A DNA stretch of 35,111 bases, the filler included, from an uncultured virus (IMG/VR IMGVR_UViG_2061766007_001136) (Duplodnaviria > Heunggongvirae > Uroviricota > Caudoviricetes). It is 3 parts of one record of this genome, joined end to end, with 100 filler letters (N's around TTAATTAATTAA, not from the genome) between each part and the next. Parts side by side here need not be neighbours in the genome. Positions count along the whole stretch, not along the records: positions 1 to 28,131 come from IMGVR_UViG_2061766007_001136; 2 more parts are not named here. One strand, written 5' to 3'. The notes below the pieces were generated by a model. The model was not told the DNA's origin, ran no database searches, and saw only the letters and a list, made by a program, of their open reading frames with translations. Made by a program: the position numbers and the translations under genes. This document shows positions 1-12,264 of this stretch, in pieces. Position 1 is the first letter of the stretch, and the number at the start of each line of letters is the position of its first letter.

Positions 1-3000
1 ACTACTGATAAAGAAACTTTAGCTGCTTCATTAATTGGTTTTTACATGGGTGGTGCTTTAGAAGGCTCTATACATGGGTTAAATGTTGCAACTAATTTAT
101 CTTCTATTAATCGTAGAAACAAAGAACTAAATCAAAAAATAGATTACGCATCTACACATACTATTTCAGGTGAAACAGCTAGTGTAGAAAAAACTAAAGA
201 TGCTCAAAAGACTGCTAATGNNNNNNNNNNNNNNNNNNNNNNNNNNNNNNNNNNNNNGCTTCTGCACAGCTTCAACATTTAGTTGATAAAGGTAAAAAGG
301 ATTTAGATATTCGTACTAGAAATAATCTTTTAGTGCAAAAAGCTGCTTGGGATAAAGAAGCTATTACTTCTTATCTTGAAGAAGGATTATCTAAAGAAGA
401 AATAGAAAAAAGAATAGGAACTAACGTAGAAAGAGCTATGGCTTCACAGCTTTGGTTCTCTCATGTTAATCCCATGACTGATTTACTTAATAAACGTAAA
501 CCTACTGANNNNNNNNNNNNNNNNNNNNNNNNNNNNNNNNNNNNNNNNNNNNNNNNNNNNNNNNNNNNNNNNNNNNNNNNNNNNNNNNNNNNNNNNNNNN
601 NNNNNNNNNNNNNNNNNNNNNNNNNNNNNNNNNNNNNNNNNNNNNNNNNNNNNNNNNNNNNNNNNNNNNNNNNNNNNNNNNNNNNNNNNNNNNNNNNNNN
701 NNNNNNNNNNNNNNATTTTTAGCTAAAGCAGAAATTGTTCAAGCTATTAACGATGCTATTCCTGATCTTCTTAGATCTGGTAATGTTACAAGCACTTCTG
801 CTAGTATTCGAGGTAATAAACAATACCAAATTCTAGCTGATGACATAGCTAGCAATACTTTAGAAAAAGGNNNNNNNNNNNNNNNNNNNNGATATAGCTG
901 AGACTCTTAATGAATATAAATCTCAAAAGAATCTTACAGGACTTATCTCGAATATTGTTGATAGTAATGGTAATGTTAATTTAGATGCTATAGAAGGATT
1001 AGAAAGTCAGTTTAAGAATTTAACTAATAATGTTCGTATCAAAGTTATGAACGAACAAACAAAATTTAATGAAAGTATATCTAAAGATCGTCCTAAATTT
1101 GTTAATACTCTTACAGGTCAGCTTCAATGGTTAGCTAGCAATCCTACTAGAACAGATGATCCTCATTATGGGATGTTTACCCATANNNNNNNNNNTGATC
1201 CTACTATTATTGATGATCTTAAAGCTTCCATAGATTCTCGTACCAAGTTTAGTCAACAAGGTAGAGAAAATATGCATAAAGCTTTAGAAAATGTTATAGA
1301 TTTTAATAAAACTATTAAAGCAGGACAAGAAGCTTCTCTTAAAGAACGTGAAAGAGGTATTACTAATCTTGATAAATTACTTAATGATAATACCTTAGAA
1401 GAAATTGAAAAGAATGCTATAGACGAAAAAACAGATAGCACTGAAGATAAACGACATAAATTAAGTGTATTAAATTCTCTTTTAAATGCTTTTACACATG
1501 TTCAAAGACATTTCAATACTATCTCCGATAATAGCAAAGAAGATTTAAAACGTAGGGAAGAATTAGCTAAAAGAAGAAGTAAAATTATTACTCTTTTAGG
1601 TCAGGCTAGAAATAGTGTTATTTTTGCTGGTGAAGAAAGATTACTTAATGCTAAACGTANNNNNNNNNNNNNNNNNNNNNNNNNNNNNNNNNNNNNNNNN
1701 NNNNNNNNNNNNNNNNNNNNNNNNNNNNNNNNNNNNNNNNNNNNNNNNNNNNNNNNNNNNNNNNNNNNNNNNNNNNNNNNNNNNNNNNNNNNNNNNNNNN
1801 NNNNNNNNNNNNNNNNNNNNNNNNNNNNNNTGGAGAGCAATCGTTGACCGCATGGAAGCTCTTGGCTTTAAGCTTCCTAGGGTCGTGACTGAAATGAGGG
1901 AAGCTCTAGCCAAGGCAGAAGCTCAGAAAAAGGCTGAAGAGCAGGCCAAGGCATCCGAAAATGCCCAAACGGCAAATAAGGGGTCTGAGAGGCCGTCTAA
2001 CGCATCGGAAGCGTCTGGACAGGAAAACACACAGGGACAGGCTTCAAATGCCCCACAGACCCCCTCAGAGGCTCAGAATGGGCATGCAGAAGGCAAAGGG
2101 CAGGAAGCGCAGGCACACATCTCCGACATGGCTAGAGCGAAGGTTACTGTGCATATCCTGTCTGCAGGAGGAACCCGTGCCAGAATCATTGCCAATGCCA
2201 AGGCAAAGGGAGTTTCAGTATCTGACAAGACTGCCATACGAGATGCTGATTGTGTATTTGTAATTACTGAGACAAATCCTGAAGATGATACGTTTGATTT
2301 TTCTGTCAGAGAACAGATAATTGCTAGAGATACCACTAGAGGTGGTATTCCTACTTACATGTATGATGTAACTGATAAAACATGGTATTATGTAAGTTTA
2401 AAAGATGGTAATATTCAAACAAAGAAATTAAATGATAAAGTAATTCCTTCTCTTACGAAAAATTCTGCGATTGTTAGTTTTAATAACACTAATGAAGAAG
2501 CTAATAAAGTTATTGATAGTCTTTTTGATGAAACTATCAATAAATTAAAAAATGATACTACTAAAATAGCTCCTGAAGATGATTATGAATCGTCAACTCA
2601 AACTGCACAAAATAAATCAACTGCATCTAACATTACACCTACTACAGAAACGAATCTTTCTTCTACAGCATCTTTAAGTAAGGATGAAATTAACCGTACT
2701 AAAAAATATACTTTAGAACGACTTAAAGCTCTTAAAGAAAAGTATGAAGCTAAGATAGATGATTATATTAAGAGACAACAAACTCTTACACCTGAAGAAC
2801 GTACTGATTTAGAACATGCTCAACGTTACTATGATTTGATTGAAGAACAACTTGCTAGAAAAAGTGGTGAATTATCTGATGAAAGATTAACTGAAAACAA
2901 AGAAAAAATTAAAACGCCTAAGACTGTTACTGAAGCTATAAATGCTGTATCTGCTAATGCTAAAAACTCATTTCAGAATAAACAAGCAGAAAGACTTGGA

Positions 3001-6000
3001 TTAGCAGAACAACAGCAGCCTAANNNNNNNNNNNNNNNNNNNNNNNNNNNNNNNNNNNATGGAAAATACTTCTGACCAAAAACGAGATGAAGCTCCTGTA
3101 AATTCTCAAACAAAACTTCTTCTTAATTCTGAACGTGCTATTTTACAAATCAGAGAGCGTTATAAAGATCATAGGGATACTGATTCTCTTGATCCTAGTG
3201 ATCAAGTTAAAGCAGGTAGACCTGATTGCTTATTAGCTTTAGATCCTGAACTTTATTTTGATACACACTTATTAGGAGCTACCCAACGTAATGCAGATTT
3301 CCTTAATATGTTAAAGATTATGAGGTTTTCACCTCATTTCTTGCATGAAACCACAGAAGGAGATCCGATTACAGATCCTATTGCCTATATTACAACTAGA
3401 CAAAATGAAGATGGTCTTAGTCAATCCTCTTTCTTAGGTAATGCTCCTCATTTCTTATTCCTTTATGATGTAGATCCTGATCATAAAGATCAACCTAAAG
3501 ATACAAATGGTAAGACAGTAGTTACACCTAAATTTTGGAAACCTAATAGATATGTATTTATGATTGTTGACTATTCTTTACGAGAATTCTTTGGTACTAC
3601 TGGTTTAGAGCAATACTTTGCCTACGGTAAAATCCCTAGCAAAGATGAAATAGCTAACATGTTTGGTCTTTCTCCTGATAGCTTATCTTTTGAACAGATA
3701 GAACAGTTACAAGGACTTATCAAAGAACATGGTATACCAAGATCTATGTTAGCTGAAACTATAGGAAGACTTATTGTAGAAAACTTAGGGTTAAGAGAAA
3801 AATTTGAAACAAGTAATCTTGATTATTATGAAAAGCTAGTAGCTGGATTTGGTGCTTTTGCAGTAGACTGGGGAGCTAAGTTTTTATTCAATGATGGTAA
3901 AAATCAAGGTTTATACGAATTAACNNNNNNNNNNNNNNNNNNNNNNNNNNNNNNNNNNNNNNNNNNNNNNNNNNNNNNNTTGCTAGCAGTGAATCTTTAG
4001 TAGTTACTAGACCTGCACCTTCTGACATTAATTTAAGTGATTTAACTACACAGTTAAATAAATTAAATAATGGTGATTTAAACGAAGAGCAGGAAGAACG
4101 TANNNNNNNNNNNNNNNNNNNNNNNNNNNNNNNNNNNNNNNNNNNNNNTGTACCTAAAGGTAAGACTACTGTTGATAATAGAAATGTTAGAGTATTTAAT
4201 GAAGCAACTGTAAAATCTATTACTAAATATGTGCTTAATGGCGATACAGGACATATTTTAAATAATAATGTTAACTGTGTTAAAGTTAAAGTTGATGCTA
4301 TAGAAACCATTCAAAGGATTAAAACTGAATTCAGAGGTTCTCTTGATGAAAAATCAGGTAGACTTAACGATGATGGTTTAAGTCAGTTAAAAGCTCCTAA
4401 GTCTAGAAGTTCTGCTAAACCTCATTGGGATAAACTTACAGTTTATGATCTTTATAATACTGCTGTTAGAAATACAGGTGGTAAAGTATTAGCTAGTCCA
4501 TTTAGAGTTCTTGCCATGCAGGAACTTTCTAATTGTGCTTATCAAGTAGATAGCGATGCTATTTCTTTCTTAAATGATGAAGTAGATGATCCTGACAATG
4601 AAGGACAAAAGATAAGATTATGGGATACTGTAGGAGCTATTCACGGATGGCAAACACAAGACGAGATAGATAGACTTAGCTATAGTGGTCAACTTAGTGC
4701 AGAAGGTGTTAATACTTCTGTTCAAAATGATATAGCTTACATTAGAGATGCTTTAGCTACACAGAATGATATGATTGCAGAAGGAACATTTAAAGGAATG
4801 TTCTTTGATTTCTTCTTAGCTAGAAATGGTCGTATCAACAATGCATCTACTACTATTAATCAGCAGAGTAGTAAGTTAGCTCGATTCATGGTTCTTCCTC
4901 AAAAAGTTTGGAGAATGTTTAATCCTAATGATGAAGAACAGATTGAATTTGAAAATTACGCTATTACTCAAGCTTTTGATACTCAAGGTGATAATAAACA
5001 GCAACTTACAGAAAGTGCTGAATTTCTAAAAAGTCTCAGTAAAGATGAATTAATCGAACTTAGAAAAAGACTTTGTATTTATACACAACCTAAATTTACG
5101 CAATGGGTTGAAGAAACTTACAAAGACAATCCTAAGTATAAACATCAGCTTAAAGTAGAAAACTTTGCTCAATGTCTTAATACTTTGGCTCACTTAATTA
5201 AAAGAGCTGATTCTAATGGTGAAGCTTTTGTTACTTCTTTAGCTGTAGAAAACGACTCTACTACATNNNNNNNNNNNNNNNNNNNNNNNNNNNNNNNNNN
5301 NNNNNNNNNNNNNNNNNNNNNNNNNNNNNNNNNNNNNNNNNNNNNNNNNNNNNNNNNNNNNNNNNNNNNNNNNNNNNNNNNNNNNNNNNNNNNNNNNNNN
5401 NNNNNNNNNNNNNNNNNNNNNNNNNNNNNNNNNNNNNNNNNNNNNNNNNNNNNNNNNNNNNNNNNNNNNNNNNNNNNNNNNNNNNNNNNNNNNNNNNNNN
5501 NNNNNNNNNNNNNNNNNNNNNNNNNNNNNNNNNNNNNNNNNNNNNNNNNNNNNNNNNNNNNNNNNNNNNNNNNNNNNNNNNNNNNNNNNNNTATGTATAA
5601 AACAGTTTCTGTAAATGTTACTGATATAATTTCTGATTTTGTTACACCTGAAGGTGAAGTTAAAAATGTAGATGCTTTAAGAAAAGTATTTTTAAAGAGT
5701 TTAGGACCTTCTTTTAAAAATCAAAGTAATGCCATCGAAAAAGCTACAGATGAACTTGTAGAAATATTTAAAATTATGTCACCTGCTTTACCTAAAGCTG
5801 TAGCAGGAGAAGTTTCTTCAGAACTTCGTACTATGATGAAANNNNNNNNNNNNNNNNNNNNNNNNNNNNNNNNNNNNNNNNNNNNNNNNNNNNNNNNNNA
5901 TTTCTTAAATCTTTATGTAGCTGCTAAAGACCAATTAAAAGTAGATGATCCTAGCAATATTACAAATACTGAATTACTAAAAAGGTATAAAGAACAAGTT

Positions 6001-9000
6001 CGTTTAGATCCTAGAGTAGCTGATTTAGCTGATAAAGATGATGCTTCTCGTGAAGCTATCATGAAAACTATTGATAAAATTGCTGAGAAGTTTGTTCCTG
6101 ATCCTAACAATCCTGAAGAAACTTTCTTAGAAGCGTTAAAAACTAGACCTTATTCTAGTATTCGTATCAAACAAGCAGGAAGATATATTACTTTAGATAC
6201 TCTTTTTAATCGTCTTATTGGTTCTACCTATGGTCAACCTGCTGCAGATACTTTAGGAAACATATTTGAGAAATTTGTTNNNNNNNNNNGACTTCTATGA
6301 TGTTTGAATTATATAATGAAGTCTATACTGAAGAATTAGAAGATCTTAGAACAACTAAAGGTAAAGTTGTTAAAAATGAGATCAAAAGTGCTGCAGTAAG
6401 AGAAATGGAAAAACGTATATCCAATATGCTTCCTTACATTACTTTACCTGATAATATTCATCGTGCAGGTGTAGATAGTTCTAAGCTTCTAATGGTTAAA
6501 TCTACTAAAAGCATGAATAAAACAAATAGAGCGCAAAACTACATGCTCGATGAAACAGGTAGACTTGTTCAAGGTACATCAGCTTATGGTGCTAGCAGAG
6601 TACCTGATAGACCTGGTAGATCTGGTGCTGTTTTAGGTATTCATGGAATGGATGGTCATATTATTTCCATGATTGCAGCTAAATATGCTAGAGAAGGTAT
6701 TGCAGTTATTCATGACGCTTATGTGTCTTCAGCGTTTGTACATGAAGAAATCAGTCACGATTATAATCAATTTCTTGTTACTGCTAACCTAAACTATAAT
6801 TTATATGGTAATGTTTTAGAGAATTTTAAACGTGTATATGACAACTATATTGAATATCGAGTTAATAAAGCTTTTGAAGAAGAATTTAATCCTGATGCTT
6901 ATCCCTCAAAACAAGNNNNNNNNNNNNNCTAAGAGAAGAAATTACTGTAGCTTTACGCAATAGATTTGTTAGAGGTGGTAATGGAGAGTATATCTATATT
7001 AATTCTAAGGATAAACTTACACTCGGTAAATTATTAGATGATTGCGTAAATACTAATGAAGAAGTTGTAGCATCTAGAAACTGGCTTATGCAGCAATATA
7101 TCATGGCTACTAATATGGATTCAGCTAGACCTCAAGGTGCTGCGTTAATTANNNNNNNNNNNNNNTTTCATGAAATTGTAAATAATGCTCATAATTGGAC
7201 TACTGCTGATATGCATGGTTCACATCCTCACGGTTTTATAACTTCTGGGATGCTTCATACTATTTATGAACAAGCATTAAACAGTACNNNNNNNNNNNNN
7301 NNNNNNNNNNNNNNNNNNNNNNNNNNNNNNNNNNNNNNATCTTAGAGATGTTAGTAGAGCTAAAGGTGAAAAAGATGTTAGTGATGAGCATTTTAAGTAT
7401 TTACAAGATATTATAAGATCCATGCCTTATGAAAAAAATACAGAAATAGTATTAAATTTGATTGACAATGGGCTGTATACTGCTGGTCAAGTNNNNNNNN
7501 NNNNNNNNNNNNNNNNNNNNNNNNNNNNNNNNNNNNNNNNNNNNNNNNNNNNNNNNNNNNNNNNNNNNNNNNNNNNNNNNNNNNNNNNNNNNNNNNNNNN
7601 NNNNNNNNNNNNNNNNNNNNTTTAAACATCGTCATGAATTTAGAATTAATAAACTTATAAATAAACTTCTTCATAATCGAGAAGAAGCTGCTAAAATTAT
7701 TACAGAAGAAGACTTTATGCCTCCTAAAGGTAGTTATGATGAATNNNNNNNNNNNNNNNNNNNNNNNNNNNNNNNNNNNNNNNNNNNNNNNNNNNNNNNN
7801 NNTAAATGAATATTGTGCATTTGTAGCTACTAATGAAGAAGTTAGAAAACGTCTTAAAGATCGTTATCCAGAAGGTAGTAATAAATATAAAGATCTTAAA
7901 TTCTTAGATAAACTTATCCAAATAGCTAAGGATATCTATGATGTAGTATTTGGACCTAAAACATTTAAAGAAGCTTATAGCAACATCTATGAAGTAATGA
8001 AAGGTAATGCTAGTATCAGGCAAAAATCTTTATTAGAAGATTTTGATACTCTTACTATGCAGATGCGTACTGTTCAAAATAAAGTTAAAAACAGACTTCT
8101 TGAACATCCTATGAGATGGTTAGAATGTTTATTTAGCATTGCTGGTCAGAGTATTAATTGGGGTGACAAACATCTTCATGATCTTCTTTATAAAATATTT
8201 AACTACTCTGATTTACATGGTGGTCCTAAATACGGCACTTATGTACAAAGTATTCCTTTGTATGCTACTACTGGACAAAAACTTAAAGAATCGTTTGATA
8301 TAGCTAAATATTTCTTTACTAGTGGTGAACAAAGAAGATATGCTAAAGCAATCTTTGCTGACACTATGAAAATTCATCAGCAAGGTATCTTTATGTCTAC
8401 ACTAAGAGATTTTCTTGGTCCTGATAAAGATACCTCTATGCTTGAAGCTTTAGGTTTAAGACTTAGATCTGTTGATAGAGCTTCTAAAGGTTTAGAAAGT
8501 GCAACATATAATGAATTAAAAGAAGCTTTTGGTAAAGAACTTAATGATTTTGAAAATGTTTCTTTAACTAATTGCTTTCTTTATACTGATTTGCAATGCT
8601 GTGCTGATTATGGATTAAAAACCATAAGAAGTTGGTTAGCAGATAATAAAACTATAGATCAAGAAATAGCTAATTTACAAAAGAATTTAGATGGTGTTTA
8701 TAATGTAAGACAACGTACATGGCTAAATAATCAAATAAATAACTTAGCTGCATTTTTAGTTTACCATGTTGGTAATCCTGGAATGAATTATAATGCAGAA
8801 AATATCGCTAAAGGATTAGGTTATCAAGGTAATATAAATGTTAATGATTCACATATAGAAATTATAGATAAACTTATTACTCTTACAGCTTTAAAGCATA
8901 CTGACCAAAACTATAGAAATGTAGTAAATAGTCTTAATGATAAAGGTTTATCTAATTTCTTAAATACACATAAAAAATTTGTAGAAGAATCTAAAAAAGG

Positions 9001-11011
9001 TATTGAAATTGAATTAGAAGATGGTAGTACAGATCGTTATCAATTTATGAGTTCTCATCAAGTTATTAAAGGTTATACTAAACAACTTACTGATCCTAAC
9101 TTGGAATTAGAAGTAGCTGTTGTAGATCCTACNNNNNNNNNNNNNNNNNNNNNNNNNNNCCAAGGATATAAACTTATAGAATCTCTTAAACCTAATGCAG
9201 TTACTAATCGTTCAGGTGTAGGTTTATATACACGATTTGGTTTACCTCTTCATACTGATGGAGCTATTGTAAGTCTTCAAGGTGTTAAAATACTTGGTCA
9301 ATCCTTGCGTAAATTAGTTTGGAATATGGCTGATGAGTATCCTGCTGTTGTACCTGATTCTAATAAGCTTTTTACAATATATAGAAATGAAGGTGATAAA
9401 CAATATATAGCTCTTAATAAACTCATGGGTGAAAAAGAATTATCTTTTGAAGATTGTGCTAAACTTCATGAAAAATATTCAGGCTACATTCCTCAGCCTA
9501 GCAGTAATTCATCTGCTATGCCTACTGACTACAATATNNNNNNNNNNNNNNNNNNNNNNNNNNNNNNNNNNNNNNNNNNNNNNNNNTTAGTAAAATGTAT
9601 GGTAGTGTTACTAGACAGATTAATGGTACTGTAGCTAATAATGTTCTTTTACAATTTTTAAGACAATCTGAAAATAATATTGTAAAAGATCATAAAGATA
9701 AAAATGGTAATCGATATATTAAATTAGAAGAAAATAGTCCTAACAAATATCTACAAAAAANNNNNNNNNNNNNNNNNNNNNNNNNNNNNNNNNNNNNNNN
9801 NNNNNNNNNNNNNNNNNNNNNNNNNNNNNNNNNNNNNNNNNNNNNNNNNNNNNNNNNNNNNNNNNNNNNNNNNNNNNNNNNNNNNNNNNNNNNNNNNNNN
9901 NNNNNNNNNNNNNNNNNNNNNNNNNNNNNNNNNNNNNNNNNNNNNNNNNNNNNNNNNNNNNNNNNNNNNNNNNNNNNNNNNNNNNNNNNNNNNNNNNNNN
10001 NNNNNNNNNNNNNNNNNNNNNNNNNNNNNNNNNNNNNTATTCAAAACTATAGCTTATTACCGTAAACAAACTATTGTTATTAGAATTCCTGGAGTTCTTA
10101 TTGGTAATATCATATCTAATTTAGCTTATAGTATCTTAAACCATAAAAATCCTTTAAAAGTATTTAAACATACACTAGCTAATGCTCAAGCNNNNNNNNN
10201 NNNNNNNNNNNNNNNNNNNNNNNNNNNNNNNNNNNNNNNNNCTTAAACGTAGGTTAGGTACAGCTACAGAAGCTGAAATAGCTAAAGCTCACAGACTTCA
10301 AGATAAGCTTAACAATAATATTGTAGCTCCTCTTATGAAAAAAGGTATGTATCAGGCTATTGTAGAAGATCTTAATCCTGATGATCTTGAATCTATTGGC
10401 GTTATTAATAAATGGGTTAAGAAAAATAAAGTTATGCAGAAGCTTCCTAATGNNNNNNNNNNNNNNNNNNTTATATGACTGAAGGTACTCCTATCTATGA
10501 TTTTATGTTTACTGCTACTCAATATTCTGATTTTATAGCTAGAGCTACTGAGTATCAGCTTTGCATGGAAAAAGTACCTAATGAATATAACGAAGCTGTT
10601 AAAGAAGGTACTTTACAGTTTAATGAAAAAACTAAAAAGCTTGAAACTAAAGATGAGTTCTTTAAAAGACGTGAACAAGAAATATCTACAGCTATTACTA
10701 ATGCATTTATTAACTATGATAAGCCACAGTCTCAAGCTGAACAATATTTAAATGACTTAGGTTTTCTTATGTTTACTAAATTTGCTAAACGTATACAGCA
10801 TGTTATAGGTAGACAATTATACTATAAACCTGTATCTGCTATTCTATTTTTACTATCTCAACATTTCTTAGTTGATACAGAAGATATTTTAGAACAAAAC
10901 GTATTTAGTAAGCACTGGTCAGCTTTAGTTCATAATCCTATAGAGAATTTCTTGAATGCTGTAGTACCTATGCCTATACAGTTTATTTTCGGTGATCAGA
11001 GAGTACTTTAG
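1..11011 (+). CDS. Giant N4-like virion-encapsidated RNA polymerase (5' partial; frame broken by N gaps, probably one gene)
   Basis: Continuous + strand coding across gaps. Single-subunit RNAP motifs in order: ARNGRINN/QSSKLAR (~4815-4885), motif A AVENDSTT (~5240-5265), motif B LRTMMK (~5825-5841), GIHGMDG and motif C IHDAY (~6637-6722). C-terminal FINYD...YLNDLGFLMF resembles N4 vRNAP C-termini. TAG at 11011 followed by a terminator. Confidence 0.85.
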
Positions 11012-11054
11012 GAAGGGAGAGCGATTGGCAGGATAATTAGGCAAGAATGATGAT

Positions 11055-11100
11055 AAAAATAGCCCCTAGAGACCGCTCCAGATCTCTAGGGGCTTTGTTT
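11055..11100. terminator. Intrinsic terminator, probably bidirectional, between convergent transcription units
   Basis: 12-bp stem AGCCCCTAGAGA/TCTCTAGGGGCT with an A-tract on the left and a T-rich tract on the right. Confidence 0.8.
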
Positions 11101-11465
11101 GGCACATCCGTCGAGGACACTTACTACATTGTGTTAAAGGGTTGTGCCATGCTTCGGGAGAGGCTGTCATCACTCAGCCTCAGACCCGAAATAGAGGGCC
11201 TAGGAGCCTCTCTGAGGCATCTCTAGGCGAAAGACGGTAGATTGTCCATGAAAGGCTCCAGAAGTGGCTTAGAATCGATCCTCGAAGCATTTTGAGGTGT
11301 AGAGCCGTTATTCGGGGATCTGATTCGTACTAGGGCTGGGAACCCATGAGGACAGCATTCCCAGCCCCTTTCCAAAATCCTGGAGATATTTATGGACGGT
11401 TCCGTTGCACTCAAGCTTCTGCGAGAGGTGTGCAGAAGTCTACACGGTTTCCTTGTAGCACTATC

Positions 11466-11541
11466 TGGCTAGAACGGAAGGAATCGAACCTTCGGATGGC
11501 AGAGTCAAAGTCTGCTGTCTTAACCACTTGACTACGTTCCA
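11466..11541 (-). tRNA. tRNA-Gln(UUG)
   Basis: Acceptor TGGAACG/CGTTCTA, anticodon arm GCAGA-CTTTGAC-TCTGC, GGTTCGATT T-loop, encoded CCA. Confidence 0.95.
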
Positions 11542-11548
11542 AGAAAAA

Positions 11549-11637
11549 TGGAGGAAGCAGAAGGATTCGAACCTTCGACAGGTAGAACCTGTGCCTGCTC
11601 TCAAGGCAGGTGCAATAGACCGCTCTGCCATGCTTCC
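11549..11637 (-). tRNA. tRNA-Ser(UGA)
   Basis: Acceptor GGAAGCA/TGCTTCC, anticodon arm CCTGC-CTTGAGA-GCAGG, long variable arm, GGTTCGAAT, CCA. Confidence 0.95.
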
Positions 11638-11639
11638 TA

Positions 11640-11714
11640 TGGAGCCGAAGACAGGACTCGAACCTGCATACGCCTGAGTACAAATCAGGAGCCTAGCTGT
11701 TAGACTACTTCGGC
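11640..11714 (-). tRNA. tRNA-Thr(UGU)
   Basis: Acceptor GCCGAAG/CTTCGGC, anticodon arm CCTGA-TTTGTAC-TCAGG, GGTTCGAGT, CCA. Confidence 0.93.
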
Positions 11715-11721
11715 ATAAAAT

Positions 11722-12260
11722 TTTAGGGAGAAAGCCATATCCGCTATGACTTTCTCCCCGATGACCTGAGCCATCCCAACAGGAGGTGTGTTGGTGAACC
11801 CGTTGTACTTAACAAGCTTGGGTAAAAATGATTCCAAAAACCCCTGCTTCTACACGGTGTACTGGTAGCTGCAGCCTAAGGTCCTCACCATGAGGATGAA
11901 AGAATCTGATCTTCTTTCAGATTTTGAGGGTTTCACAGAACTCCCTCAAACTGGGCTATTCGTTTCTCACTGCGTCCAGTGGGGCTTTTGCACTTCCGGC
12001 CTGGAAGCTGGATTCCTTGCCTCTTCAGTTGCCGTGGAATTTGACGAGGGAGTTTCTGCGATACTCCCTCATAAACGCAGCAGAGATGCCTAGGCAGTCT
12101 GCGTTCGGTCCAAGCTAGGTACCGGTACAGGTTGGACCGGATACTTTGAAATTTTGCCTAGGGATACTCCTTTTACTTGGCGGGAGTGGGAGCGGGAGCA
12201 TCCCTAGGACTTGCGTAGAGCGAGAGGGACGGCCTCTTCTCTACATGGAAGAAAGGGCTT
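11722..12260 (-). ncRNA. Candidate large structured non-coding RNA
   Basis: About 14 closely packed hairpins and no credible ORF. Several stems have G-U pairs only in the minus orientation. Lies directly upstream of tRNA-Thr. Confidence 0.65.
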
Positions 12261-12264
12261 CTGT

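Noticed and set aside
11392..11472. 26-aa plus-strand ORF (MDGSVALKLL...) with GGAG upstream
   Set aside because: Antisense to the tRNA operon, overlaps the tRNA-Gln end, and has no other support.
11466..11714. Suppressor tRNA or stop-codon reassignment
   Set aside because: All anticodons are sense (UGA reads UCA Ser), genes are intact in code 11, and TAG/TGA end genes normally.
11722..12260. tmRNA, RNase P RNA, group II intron or CRISPR array
   Set aside because: No tRNA-like ends, no GAGGAAAGUCC motif, no domain V, and no regularly spaced direct repeats seen.
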